Part shown: one piece after another, positions 1 to 9,976 of the stretch
How the letters are laid out: each line of letters starts with the position of its first letter
Numbering within the stretch: the first letter of the stretch is position 1
Assembly (NCBI GenBank): GCA_015069325.1
Contig: SVIV01000002.1
Location: 97,886-161,885, forward strand
Length of the DNA stretch: 64,000 bases
Direction: 5' to 3'
From: Clostridiales bacterium
Lineage (GTDB): Bacteria > Bacillota > Clostridia > Christensenellales > UBA1242
The notes under the pieces: model-generated
Database searches by the model: none
What the model saw: the letters and a program-made list of their open reading frames with translations, nothing else
What the model was told of the DNA's origin: nothing
Made by a program: the position numbers and the translations under genes

Positions 1-551
1 CCTTCATATCTATCATCACCACCAATCACAATTTCTTCACCTTCACAAACAATTTTCCCATCATTTAGCCTTGCATTTATTGTTGCCTTTCGCCCGCAAC
101 GGCAAACAGATTTGATTTCATTTATTGAATCTGCAAGTTCTATCAGTCTTTTACTTCCTTCAAAAAGTTCTGTTTTATAATTAGTAAGCAAGCCGAAACA
201 CAATACAGGCAAAAATAATGAAAGCTCTTTCAATTCTTCTACCTGAGATTTTGTAAGAAATTGACATTCATCTACGATTATCACATTTTTTTGAATCTTG
301 TTTACATTTACAATCATATGTTTTTGACAGATATCAAAAAAGTTATCTTCTTTAGTAAATTCAAGACATTCACTTTTTAGCCCAATTCTGCTTGAAACAT
401 AACTTTTTCCATTTTCTTGGCAACGATTATCGCAAATTGGCTTAAATAAAAAAACATTAAACCCTTTTTGCTGATAGTTAAATTTAATCATAAGCGCTTG
501 GGCTGTTTTTGAACTTCCCATAGCACCATATCTAAAATATAGTTTATTCAT
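1..551 (-). CDS. tdk: Thymidine kinase (3' end runs off the window)
   Basis: Manual translation (not in ORF track): MNKLYFRYGAMGSSKT (P-loop), IIVDECQF, FEGSKRLIELAD, Zn-binding VCRCGRKA; GGGG SD-like upstream. Confidence 0.92.
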   Translation of the reverse strand, partial: MNKLYFRYGAMGSSKTAQALMIKFNYQQKGFNVFLFKPICDNRCQENGKSYVSSRIGLKSECLEFTKEDNFFDICQKHMIVNVNKIQKNVIIVDECQFLTKSQVEELKELSLFLPVLCFGLLTNYKTELFEGSKRLIELADSINEIKSVCRCGRKATINARLNDGKIVCEGEEIVIGGDDRYE

Positions 552-636
552 TTTATCCCCTTATAGCCATTTTAAACTTTACATTTTTTTTTGTCAAATA
601 ATCCGCACAAATAATTTAAATTTTATCCACAAAAAA

Positions 637-659
637 ACTCTAATGTTTTTCATTAGAGT
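637..659 (-). terminator. Intrinsic terminator after rnr
   Basis: ACTCTAATG-ttttt-CATTAGAGT inverted repeat, followed by a T-run on the minus strand. Confidence 0.7.
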
Positions 660-660
660 C

Positions 661-3135
661 TTATTTGAAATTTGAATCTTCATAGTCATAATCTTTTTTG
701 TGATTTTGTTTATCCTTTCGTCGTTTATCTCTCTTTTTCTTTTCTTTTTGACGAATGATATTGCCAATATAATTCTTTTTATTTGTTGTTTCTCGCATTT
801 CAGCCTGACTTACCATTTTCACATCAGTCTTTCCAATAACTCTCATCGCTTTTCTATCTGCTTTTTCAATGATAAAGTCAATTGGCTTGCAAAGTGCAAG
901 GATAATATTTCCATTGCCATCATATACAGCACATCTTTGAGGAGAAAGTTCGCAATCAGACGAATTTCTACCAATAACTTGCGATAATGGAATTTCTGCA
1001 CTTATCCCTTTTGAATCTTCTTTAACAATAACAATAATGTCATCTTCAAAGCCTTCTTCTGGAGATGTTGCACGAAGTTTAGTAATTCTTCCGTGCATTT
1101 TTTCGCCAATATGTTGTTCGCAATATATTACGCTGTTGATATCTTCAAAATCTTTTTCTGCTTGATCAACCGCAAGCTGTCTAGAATTTGCAATGTCAAC
1201 AATCTTTTGAATTTTATTTAAAGAAATCTTACTTGTTCCGTGAATATCTGCAAGAATATTGTATTGAGTAATATAGTCAGGCACTCTTCTGATAGGAGAA
1301 GTAGTGTGAGAATAATGTGGAGATTGAAGTGCGTAATGCGAAATTCGCTCTCCTTCCCATTCAACATACTCATCATCTGGATCATTACTGTAAAGATGAT
1401 CGCTATAAACAGCCCTTGACTGCATTTTAATTAGGAAGTTGTTTACAACTTCTTCGTTTGCTCCATCTTTTACAATTTCAAGCAAATCTCTTGTCCCCTC
1501 TGCAGAAAGATCACCATCAAATTCAATCCCTAAAATGTCAAAAAATTCATTGGCTCTTTCAATTTTATGTGGATTTGGTTCGTCGTGAACACGATAAATA
1601 TTGTCTAAATTATTATCCTTTGCATATTTAGCTGTAACTTCATTTGCGCTTATCATAAATGCTTCAATCACTTCGTGATAATACAGGTGTGAAAGTGGAA
1701 CAATATCTACAATATTTTGCAAATCTTCATCAAACTTAATCTCTCTTTCCTTGCTTGCAAAAAATCTAATCATTTTTCTTGATTCAAAACCTTGTTTAAT
1801 AACTTTTCCTGCACAACAATTCATCACTACTTGTTCTTCTTCAGAAAGTGTTTGCCCACTTCTAATTTTTTCTGTCAATTCATCCAGAGTAACATCTTTG
1901 TTTTCATCAACAATATTTTGAGCATCTTGATAAGCATATTTTTTCTTGCTTTGAATCACTGCATCATAAATTCTACTGCGTTTAATACTTCCCGTGGTCT
2001 TATCTACAGTAAATTTGACAACAAAAGCCAGTCTATCTTCATTTGGATTTAATGAACAAATTCCTGTTGAAAGTTGAGTAGGTAAAATATTGTATGCCTT
2101 ATTTGGAGCATAAATTGTAAAACCACCTTCAATATACTTCTTCCCTATTTCACTGTTTAAATCAAAGTATTTAGTAACATTTGCAACCGCAATATAACAA
2201 ACTATATCGCCATTTTCATTTACAGTTGAATAAATTGCATCGTCCATATCTTTGCAAGTTGCAGGATCAACTGTAGTAAAATTGATATGTCTTAAATCTA
2301 CAATATTTCCCCTATGACTTCTTTTTGCTTCGGCTTCTGAAATAAGATTAAAGTCTGCAATGTTTACTTTATTTGGAATTTTTGCAATCTCTTTTTCAAG
2401 TGATTCACCTTCCCAACTCATAATTGCACCATAACTTTCTGCAATAGCGTCAAATTCGTGAATAGGATTTCCCGCATCGCCCTTGATTTCAACAATTTTT
2501 CCGCCAAGAAGCGGTGCATTTACATCAACAAGCTCCATCACGCAAAGTTTATCTTGAAAGGCTGCTTGTTCATCCGAACTGTTGAGAATAGGAATTTGTC
2601 TTGTAGCAAAACTTTTCTTATTTGGTATAAAAACCAATTCGTCGTGACTTAGTTTCAACACTCTTCCAAGTGCAAGATTTGGATTAGTGAGCTCCAACTT
2701 TGTTGCATTGCGTTCTTTGTATGATGAAAAAGTTTCTCCGTAATTTTTCCCCAACACAATTGCTTCATCACTTCCACTTATACTCTCAATAACAACGTGA
2801 AGCGGATCTCCATTGCTATAACTTGAAGCTACACTTTTACTAATCCTATACTTTTTATTAGTTTCCGGCATAACAACATAAAATTCATTGTTTCCCATTT
2901 CTTTTAAATACCCAAGTTTAACAATTTCTGGATTAATTGAAACCATTTCCTTATCTTTAATAATGCCGCCATTTGCAACAAGCCTGTCGAATGCCTGATA
3001 AAATCTATTTTTTGTGCTTATTTTCTTTCTGAAAATAAGTTGATTTCTCATAGTGTTTTTATGAATCTGATTATGAAAAAATGCACATCTGTAAATCGCC
3101 CCAATATTTTTAATCATTTCAAAATCATTTGCCAT
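661..3135 (-). CDS. rnr: Ribonuclease R / RNB-family exoribonuclease
   Basis: RNB motifs TVDPATCKDMDDA, SLNPNEDRLA, HYALQSPHYSHTTSPIRRVPD; S1-like region and basic C-terminal tail. Confidence 0.85.
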   Translation of the reverse strand: MANDFEMIKNIGAIYRCAFFHNQIHKNTMRNQLIFRKKISTKNRFYQAFDRLVANGGIIKDKEMVSINPEIVKLGYLKEMGNNEFYVVMPETNKKYRISKSVASSYSNGDPLHVVIESISGSDEAIVLGKNYGETFSSYKERNATKLELTNPNLALGRVLKLSHDELVFIPNKKSFATRQIPILNSSDEQAAFQDKLCVMELVDVNAPLLGGKIVEIKGDAGNPIHEFDAIAESYGAIMSWEGESLEKEIAKIPNKVNIADFNLISEAEAKRSHRGNIVDLRHINFTTVDPATCKDMDDAIYSTVNENGDIVCYIAVANVTKYFDLNSEIGKKYIEGGFTIYAPNKAYNILPTQLSTGICSLNPNEDRLAFVVKFTVDKTTGSIKRSRIYDAVIQSKKKYAYQDAQNIVDENKDVTLDELTEKIRSGQTLSEEEQVVMNCCAGKVIKQGFESRKMIRFFASKEREIKFDEDLQNIVDIVPLSHLYYHEVIEAFMISANEVTAKYAKDNNLDNIYRVHDEPNPHKIERANEFFDILGIEFDGDLSAEGTRDLLEIVKDGANEEVVNNFLIKMQSRAVYSDHLYSNDPDDEYVEWEGERISHYALQSPHYSHTTSPIRRVPDYITQYNILADIHGTSKISLNKIQKIVDIANSRQLAVDQAEKDFEDINSVIYCEQHIGEKMHGRITKLRATSPEEGFEDDIIVIVKEDSKGISAEIPLSQVIGRNSSDCELSPQRCAVYDGNGNIILALCKPIDFIIEKADRKAMRVIGKTDVKMVSQAEMRETTNKKNYIGNIIRQKEKKKRDKRRKDKQNHKKDYDYEDSNFK

Positions 3136-3278
3136 AAAAATCTCCTAATCTTTGTTAATTTCAATATATCATACTTCTCGTATAATTTCAATAGTAAAAT
3201 AAAAAATAATTATAAATTTTATACATTTAATACTTGCTCAAATTTGTAAAAATAAAAAAAATCCCAGCTGGGATTTTT

Positions 3279-4820
3279 TTAAACTAAACTATTTAAAGTA
3301 ATGCCTTCTGCAAATTGACAACCACCTTTACAGTCATAACCTGCAGTGCATCTTGCAGTCTTTGCCATCTTTGCAAACTTTTCTTGCATACGTTCAACTT
3401 CTCTTCGTTTTGCAAGCAAGATTTGCACTTGTTCGCCACTTGCTGTTGTCATTGCCATTTGACCGAGCTTATCGCTTTCTTGTTTAAGAGCATCTGCAAA
3501 TTCCTTGCATTTCCCTTGTGTCAAATCGCGAATTTCTTTTTGAGCAAGTGCACAGACTCTTTCATAGGCTTTAAGAAGATAATTTGACGTTTTTCCTGTT
3601 TCAACAACAGGCAATAGTCTTCCTTGTGGAAAATGACTTGCAACAGATGTAATATCTGCTAAATATTGTGGAACAAGGTCTGTCCCTTTCAAAATTGGTG
3701 GAATAAAGAAGTCTGGTTTTTGAATTTCAAATTCTTTTTCGCTGATATGGTGATGATTTGTTCGATGGCGATGACTTTGCGCAAGTCCAGCCCCTGAAAT
3801 TTGATATTTAATTGCAAACACATCACTATTGATTGTTTGTTCAATTAAAGGCTCTCCAAACATTGATAATTTTCTACCCTTTCCATCTTCAAGGGTTTCT
3901 GAATATAAATCATTTTCTTTAAACCACTTCACAAACTCTTTCATATATGGAATAAGTGGTCGATAAAATTCGTTTGGATTTTTTGAATAAATCACATCTT
4001 CAAACCAATGGCAAATATAATTAAATTGTCTAAAACTTGTTGTATAAACCATATTTGATGGAGTAAATATTGAAATCATATATCTTGCATTTTCTTGTGC
4101 AAGTTTTCCTGCTTTTACGCCCTTCTCATCAAAGAAAGGTTTGCAGTTGCCATATTTTTTGTTGATTGCATCTTCAAAAATTTCTTTCCACTTATAAAAC
4201 AGCTCTTTTTCCTGCGATTCAATATTGTCCATTTCAGTATATCTTGCACTTTTTTCACTTGTGTTGTATTCTTGTTCGTTATTTAAAACCATTGCAAGAG
4301 CTTTTGGAATGCCTGTAATTTCAAGCGTCAAATGAGAATGTCCAAAAGTTGAGTGATGCCCATTGTTTTCAACGATTTTTGCAATAGTCCTAATATCACT
4401 TACTCTCTTTTCTTCAAGCTGCTTGAAAGTATCTTTCATATAGCAGGTGCTTCCCATAAGCCCCGCTACAATACGATTGAAGTGAAGATCATAATTGTAA
4501 TGATATGCACCTTTTCCGCCAAGAGTTGAAATTAATAACAAGCAATCATCTAAAAGCATATTACTTTTATCAATAATATTTTGCTTTTCAAACTTTAAAG
4601 CTTCTTTTTCGTCGCCACTTGCTTGCTTAATTTTTGCAGAAATTTCTTTTTCTTCTTGTGCAAGCGAATAATATTTTGCACATTTGTCTTTTAAAACATT
4701 GATATAATTTTTGTTGTAAACTCCCTTGTTTTCCAACTCTTTCATTGACTGCATAATAAGTTGTATATCTGGATTAAGATTACAATCAAGTTCACTGTGC
4801 ATTTTAATTTGAATATTCAT
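3279..4820 (-). CDS. thyX: FAD-dependent thymidylate synthase-like protein with tandem ThyX domains
   Basis: GHHSTFGH, SEKSARY, AQENARY in the first domain; AQSHRHRT in the second; Cys-rich C-terminus. Confidence 0.7.
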   Translation of the reverse strand: MNIQIKMHSELDCNLNPDIQLIMQSMKELENKGVYNKNYINVLKDKCAKYYSLAQEEKEISAKIKQASGDEKEALKFEKQNIIDKSNMLLDDCLLLISTLGGKGAYHYNYDLHFNRIVAGLMGSTCYMKDTFKQLEEKRVSDIRTIAKIVENNGHHSTFGHSHLTLEITGIPKALAMVLNNEQEYNTSEKSARYTEMDNIESQEKELFYKWKEIFEDAINKKYGNCKPFFDEKGVKAGKLAQENARYMISIFTPSNMVYTTSFRQFNYICHWFEDVIYSKNPNEFYRPLIPYMKEFVKWFKENDLYSETLEDGKGRKLSMFGEPLIEQTINSDVFAIKYQISGAGLAQSHRHRTNHHHISEKEFEIQKPDFFIPPILKGTDLVPQYLADITSVASHFPQGRLLPVVETGKTSNYLLKAYERVCALAQKEIRDLTQGKCKEFADALKQESDKLGQMAMTTASGEQVQILLAKRREVERMQEKFAKMAKTARCTAGYDCKGGCQFAEGITLNSLV

Positions 4821-4906
4821 AAATCCCCCCTATTGTTGCAAATATTATACCACACATCAAAACACAATTCAATAGTAAAATAAAAAAATCCCTTAAAAAA
4901 GAGATT

Positions 4907-5047
4907 TTAATCTTCTAGACCGACTAGATAATCAATTGTAACTTTAAAAAATTTTGCAAGCATAATTAGACAATCCATACTTAGTGTCCTATCACCAGTT
5001 TCCCATTTTGCAATTCCCGCTTGACTAATACCTGTTTTCTTTGCTAA
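4907..5047 (-). pseudogene. XRE/Cro-C1 HTH regulator remnant
   Basis: Manual translation LAKKTGISQAGIAKWETGDRTLSMDCLIMLAKFFKVTIDYLVGLED*; immediately preceded in frame by TGA, no start or SD. Confidence 0.7.
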
Positions 5048-5074
5048 TCATGTTAAACTTTATGAAATGTTCAT

Positions 5075-5106
5075 AAAAAAAGACGAGAAATAGTCTCGTC
5101 TTTTTT
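5075..5106 (-). terminator. Intrinsic terminator
   Basis: AAAAAAGACGAGA-aatag-TCTCGTCTTTTTT inverted repeat. Confidence 0.75.
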
Positions 5107-6311
5107 TAGCTTTCAAATGTCATTGTATCTAAAATATCTAAAACTTCTTTAATCTTATCAGCCGCTTCATCGCACATTTCTTTTGTATGATTTGCTGTAT
5201 AACTTGTTCTAAGAAGTGCTTGACCTACAGGAGTTGCAGGAGAAATTACAGGATTTACATAAACCCCACGTTCTAAAAGCATCTTGCAAGCCAAGAAAGT
5301 CTTTTCATTTTGATATGTGTAGATTGGAATGATTGGAGTTTCGCTTTCAATAATTTTGATTCCCCTATCTTTAAGGCATTTTCTCATATAATCACTAATA
5401 TCGTGAAGATTTTGGACTCTTTCTGGGTGGTTTTTCAAAATATTGAGTGATGCTCTTGCACAAGCAACAGAAACAGGAGTTATACTTGCAGAGAAAATGA
5501 ATGGACGAGAAGCGTGTTGAACATATTCAACAACTTCTTTCTTGCCTGCCATATAACCACCAAGTGAAGCAAGTGATTTTGAGAATGTCCCCATATAAAT
5601 ATCAACTTCATCTTCAAGACCAAAGTAAGATGCAGTTCCCCTGCCGCCTTCTCCGATTACGCCAAGACCATGTGCATCGTCAACCATAATTCTTGCACCA
5701 TATTTTTTAGCAAGTGCAACAATTTCAGGAAGTTTAGCAATGTCTCCACCCATTGAGAAGACACCATCAGTAATGATTAAAATTCCGCACCCTTCAGGAA
5801 CAGATGCAAGTTTTCTTTCTAAATCTTCCATATCGCTATGATTGTAACGAAGCATTTTACCATAACTTAATTTGCATCCATCATAAATACTTGCGTGATT
5901 TTCTTTGTCACAAATCATATAATCATTTCTTCCAACAATTGCAGAAATGATACCAAGGTTGCTTTGGAACCCTGTGCTGAAAGTGATAACCTTTTCTTTG
6001 TGTAAAAATTCGGCAAGTTCTTCTTCAAGTTGAACGTGAATATCCAAAGTTCCGTTTAAGAATCTTGACCCTGAGCAACCACTTCCATACTTTTTGATTG
6101 CTTCTTCACCAGCTTTTACAACTTCAGGGTGATTTGTAAGTGCAAGATAGTTGTTTGAACCAAGCATAATAGTCCTTCTACCTTCCATATTAACAACTGT
6201 ATCTTGACCTGAATACAATTTGTGGAAATATGGATAAATTCCCTTTTCTCTTGCCACTTGATAAATATGTGTTTGATTGTAAACCTTATCAAATAAATCT
6301 GCTCTTTGCAT
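5106..6311 (-). CDS. PLP-dependent alpha-oxoamine synthase, serine palmitoyltransferase-like
   Basis: GIYPYF, LGSNNYL, GSRFLNGT, NHASIYDG, DGVFSM, DDAHG, PLP lysine in GTFSKS, FIFSAS. Confidence 0.8.
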   Translation of the reverse strand: MQRADLFDKVYNQTHIYQVAREKGIYPYFHKLYSGQDTVVNMEGRRTIMLGSNNYLALTNHPEVVKAGEEAIKKYGSGCSGSRFLNGTLDIHVQLEEELAEFLHKEKVITFSTGFQSNLGIISAIVGRNDYMICDKENHASIYDGCKLSYGKMLRYNHSDMEDLERKLASVPEGCGILIITDGVFSMGGDIAKLPEIVALAKKYGARIMVDDAHGLGVIGEGGRGTASYFGLEDEVDIYMGTFSKSLASLGGYMAGKKEVVEYVQHASRPFIFSASITPVSVACARASLNILKNHPERVQNLHDISDYMRKCLKDRGIKIIESETPIIPIYTYQNEKTFLACKMLLERGVYVNPVISPATPVGQALLRTSYTANHTKEMCDEAADKIKEVLDILDTMTFES

Positions 6312-6645
6312 TATTTTCTCCTTCTTTTTAACTAATTATTTATATTAATAGCATATTTTTTCACATTCTCCAAACGATTTTAACAAATTTTTAACTTTTT
6401 TCTTTATAATCGCTATTCTCCTTTATTTTAAAGAGAAATAGCATATTTTTTATTGTTAAATTTAAAAATAGTTGTTTTATCAAAAAATCGCTACATTCCT
6501 TAAATTTAAACGCTTATAGGTTTCATCACTTCAAATTCTTACATTTATAAAAAATTTAAAATAATTTTTCCTTCACCAAACTTAAAATTTGTTTGTCTTT
6601 TATATAAAATGTGTTATACTACTTTTATACAAAGGATAAAATTAT

Positions 6646-7350
6646 ATGAAAATCAAAGTATTAGGCTGTTCAAACTCTTGGACGTCAAGATGGACTTCTT
6701 GCTATCAAGTCAATGAAAATATATTAATGGATTGCGGTTGTGATGCATACAAAGCATATTTGCAAACAGGTAAATCTCTTACCGACATTAAACTTTTCTT
6801 AATCACCCACTTCCACGCTGATCATATTTACGGGCTTAATGTATTTTTAACATTTGTTCACAGAAATAGAACAAACAAAACTTACAAGCCAACAATCGTA
6901 GGACCAAAAGGCATTCAAAAAATGTGTGAACGCGTTTTTTACACATCAAACCTTATTAAATTTGATTTTTCTGATTATGTGAATTTTGTTGAAGTTAAAG
7001 ATGGTGATAGTTTTGAGTTTGATGGCATAAAAATATCTGCTCACAAACTCAACCACGGAGACGTTGTTGATTTTGGATATATTCTTAACGAAAACGAAAA
7101 ATCTATTGGCTATACAGGCGATACAACACTAGTCCCTGCTTTATTTAAATTTATTGAAAAGTGCGATACTTGCATAATGAACATAAGCAGAACAAAAACA
7201 AATGCAAAGCATTTGGGTGTAGATGCATTTGAAATGTTAAAAACAAAATACCCAAACAAAAAACTACTTGCTACCCATTGCGATGAAGAAGTTTATATGT
7301 TGCCTGAAATTAAACCTTCACGAGTAGAAGAAGGAATGATTATTGAATAA
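6646..7350 (+). CDS. MBL-fold metallo-hydrolase (RNase Z-like)
   Basis: LG start motif, DCG, THFHADH, YTGDT, THCD. Confidence 0.8.
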   Translation: MKIKVLGCSNSWTSRWTSCYQVNENILMDCGCDAYKAYLQTGKSLTDIKLFLITHFHADHIYGLNVFLTFVHRNRTNKTYKPTIVGPKGIQKMCERVFYTSNLIKFDFSDYVNFVEVKDGDSFEFDGIKISAHKLNHGDVVDFGYILNENEKSIGYTGDTTLVPALFKFIEKCDTCIMNISRTKTNAKHLGVDAFEMLKTKYPNKKLLATHCDEEVYMLPEIKPSRVEEGMIIE

Positions 7351-7391
7351 ATCAACAGCTAAATAAAAAAGCCACACAAAGTGGCTATTTT

Positions 7392-7748
7392 TTATGGTTT
7401 TAAGTTTTCTTCACATTCTTCACAGATTGCTTTATCTTCTGGAATTTCTTTTCCGCAGTTTGAACATTTATGCATATTTACTGTGCCTTTTGCAAAATTT
7501 TCTTCTGCAATGCTTCCTTGGGTAGCTTTCACAGCACTCCCCGTCCAAGTAAAAATAATCCCTATAATTGTAAATGCAATTCCGCTAATTAATAGCAAAA
7601 TTCCACCAATAAGAAGTCCTACATTTACCGTTTCTTTACAAGCGATTACCATCATTGCAATACCACCTGCCAAAGCGATAAGCGAAAGAACTAAAAGCCC
7701 AATTCCCAGTCCTTTGAGTTGACCCTTTCTTTTTTCGATTATATTCAT
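7392..7748 (-). CDS. Two-TM membrane protein with C-terminal zinc ribbon
   Basis: Two hydrophobic helices; CSNCG...CEEC; AGGAG SD. Confidence 0.75.
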   Translation of the reverse strand: MNIIEKRKGQLKGLGIGLLVLSLIALAGGIAMMVIACKETVNVGLLIGGILLLISGIAFTIIGIIFTWTGSAVKATQGSIAEENFAKGTVNMHKCSNCGKEIPEDKAICEECEENLKP

Positions 7749-7760
7749 AATATTCTCCTT

Positions 7761-8828
7761 TTAAATAAATAATGTCAATAAAATGATTGCCATAATTGCG
7801 AGTATTGGCAATAGCACAATCAACGAAATTTTCCAACCAGATTTTGGCAACTTCCCGCCAAATGCCCCAGTTTGACCATTTATGACATTAGAATACGACT
7901 TATCTTTATATTTAAAACTTGTCCTATATATTGGCAAGAAACAATAGTAAAAATCACGATTAATATATGCAATATTAACATTTAAGCTGCTTACACCATC
8001 ATTATATCGCAATAAATCATTGGTAAGTTCTCTTTCTATTTCACCTTTAATTATGTAATGAGCACTATCAAACGCTTCATTTACACTACTTGAATAGCTT
8101 TCAACATCATATCCAAACACATAATCGTTTGAATAATCAACGGCCTTTGTAAAATCATATGGTCGAACTAACAAAATCTCTTCCTGCGTAAATTTTGTGC
8201 TTGTTTCAATAATTACATCTTGATGAGATGAAAAATACTGTCCTGAAGACGTAGAATAACTTCTATAAGACCTAGTTTTCCCATCTTTATCTGTAGTAGT
8301 TTTGATATCATACACTCGCGCATTATATTCAGTCGAACATTTCGCACCAAATACAAATGACGGATAATAAAAAGCATTTATATCTTCAATTTTAAAACTT
8401 TTCTTTAAGGACTTTGGCACAAGCCAATTCTTTTTTATTTTTGCCTTAAAAATTTCTCCTGCAAGCCCCTTGCTTATAGAAAAAGGAATAATTGCATCTG
8501 GCTTTAGGCCCCACTGTTCAATTGATTTCAAAAGCATTGACGTGTTGCAATATGGGCAATGCGCTGAAATATCATAACCTTCCACGCTAATCAATGCCCC
8601 ACAGTTTAAACAATTTAATTCCTTTTTCAATAAAAGCAAATTTTCATTGTTGTGATTAAGTAACACATCGTCATTCAGTTGATGTTTTTGGTAAGTTGTG
8701 GTTTTAGTTATTTCTTTTTTGCTTTTGCAAGACGGACAGGTCAAACACTGTCCGTCTGCATCAAAGTGCATATCATCGCCGCAACTAGAACATTTTGAAA
8801 ACAACAACTCAAGTTTCTTTTTTGACAT
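7761..8828 (-). CDS. YdjG-like zinc-ribbon protein with C-terminal TM helix
   Basis: Four CxxC pairs, PDAIIPFSI, VINGQTG...GKLP, C-terminal TM; overlaps the upstream SPFH gene stop. Confidence 0.7.
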   Translation of the reverse strand: MSKKKLELLFSKCSSCGDDMHFDADGQCLTCPSCKSKKEITKTTTYQKHQLNDDVLLNHNNENLLLLKKELNCLNCGALISVEGYDISAHCPYCNTSMLLKSIEQWGLKPDAIIPFSISKGLAGEIFKAKIKKNWLVPKSLKKSFKIEDINAFYYPSFVFGAKCSTEYNARVYDIKTTTDKDGKTRSYRSYSTSSGQYFSSHQDVIIETSTKFTQEEILLVRPYDFTKAVDYSNDYVFGYDVESYSSSVNEAFDSAHYIIKGEIERELTNDLLRYNDGVSSLNVNIAYINRDFYYCFLPIYRTSFKYKDKSYSNVINGQTGAFGGKLPKSGWKISLIVLLPILAIMAIILLTLFI

Positions 8829-9886
8829 TATTCACCTAATTTGTTTCCGCATTCACTGCAGAACTTTGCTGTGCTCTTCACTTCTGCTCCACATTCTGGA
8901 CAAAAACTTTTTGCAGGGATTTTTACTCCGCATTCTGGGCAGAATTTTGCATTTGCCGGAATGTTTGTTTTACATTTCGCACAAACTTTTTCTTCTTTTT
9001 TCTTTTTAGGCTTTTCTTCGCTTCCTTTGAGCCCTTCCGCAAAAACTTGTCCAAGCGAACTTCCGGCACCAAGTCCCACACCTAATCCAGCAAGCCCGCT
9101 TCCATTTGGATTTTTTGCAGCTTCATCCATAGCATCTGCCGCTTTAAGGCGAAGATTTGTGTCAAGGCGATCTTCCATTATTCCAAGTCTAGTCCTTTCA
9201 TCAAGAGCCTTTTCAATTTCTTCTGGAAGTGAAATATTTTCAACTACAACACCTGAAAGTTTCATACCTAATTTCAGAAACTCAACATTTGTTTGCTTTT
9301 TAATTTCGTCTGCAAGTTCTTTATAATTAGCCGCTAAATCTAATGCTGAAATTTTACCTTCGCCCAAGGCATCAGTAATCCCCTGAATGATTAATGGACG
9401 ATTGTGAGATTCAATATCTTCAACCTTATAAAGCTGATTTGTGCCAAAAACTTCTTCCATAAATGTGCGCACGTCAACAATTTTAAATGAATATGTTCCA
9501 AATCCCCTTAATCTTACATTCCCAAAATCTGCATCTCTCATCATAATTGGATTTTGAGTGCCCCATTTAAGTCCTGTAAACTGTTTTGTATTAATAAAAT
9601 ATACTTCCGCCTTAATTGGAGAGTTAAACCCCGTAGGAAGCGACAAAAGTTTTGTAAGGAATGGAATATTCTCTGTCGCAAGCTTATAAGTGCCAGGTGC
9701 AAAAATATCACATATTTGTCCTTTATGCACAAAAACTGCTGTTTGCGAAGGTCTTACGACAAGAGTAGAACTATTCATAATTTCTTCTCTTTTCTGCATC
9801 GGAAAGCGGTAAACGATAGTATCTTTACTATCATCTTGCCATTCAATAACTTCTAATAATTGTTTTTTAAAAAATCCCATATTCAA
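8828..9886 (-). CDS. SPFH-domain protein with double zinc ribbon (YdjI-like)
   Basis: VIEW, LVVRPSQTAVFV, KWGTQNPI, ENISLPEEIEKALD; C-terminal CAKC/CPEC/CPEC/CSEC. Confidence 0.85.
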   Translation of the reverse strand: MNMGFFKKQLLEVIEWQDDSKDTIVYRFPMQKREEIMNSSTLVVRPSQTAVFVHKGQICDIFAPGTYKLATENIPFLTKLLSLPTGFNSPIKAEVYFINTKQFTGLKWGTQNPIMMRDADFGNVRLRGFGTYSFKIVDVRTFMEEVFGTNQLYKVEDIESHNRPLIIQGITDALGEGKISALDLAANYKELADEIKKQTNVEFLKLGMKLSGVVVENISLPEEIEKALDERTRLGIMEDRLDTNLRLKAADAMDEAAKNPNGSGLAGLGVGLGAGSSLGQVFAEGLKGSEEKPKKKKEEKVCAKCKTNIPANAKFCPECGVKIPAKSFCPECGAEVKSTAKFCSECGNKLGE

Positions 9887-9976
9887 TCTCCTTTTTACCT
9901 ACCTTTATTTTAGTATATTTACTACAAATTTTGCAAATATTTTACAATAAAAATAAAAAAAGGCGATAAAATCACC

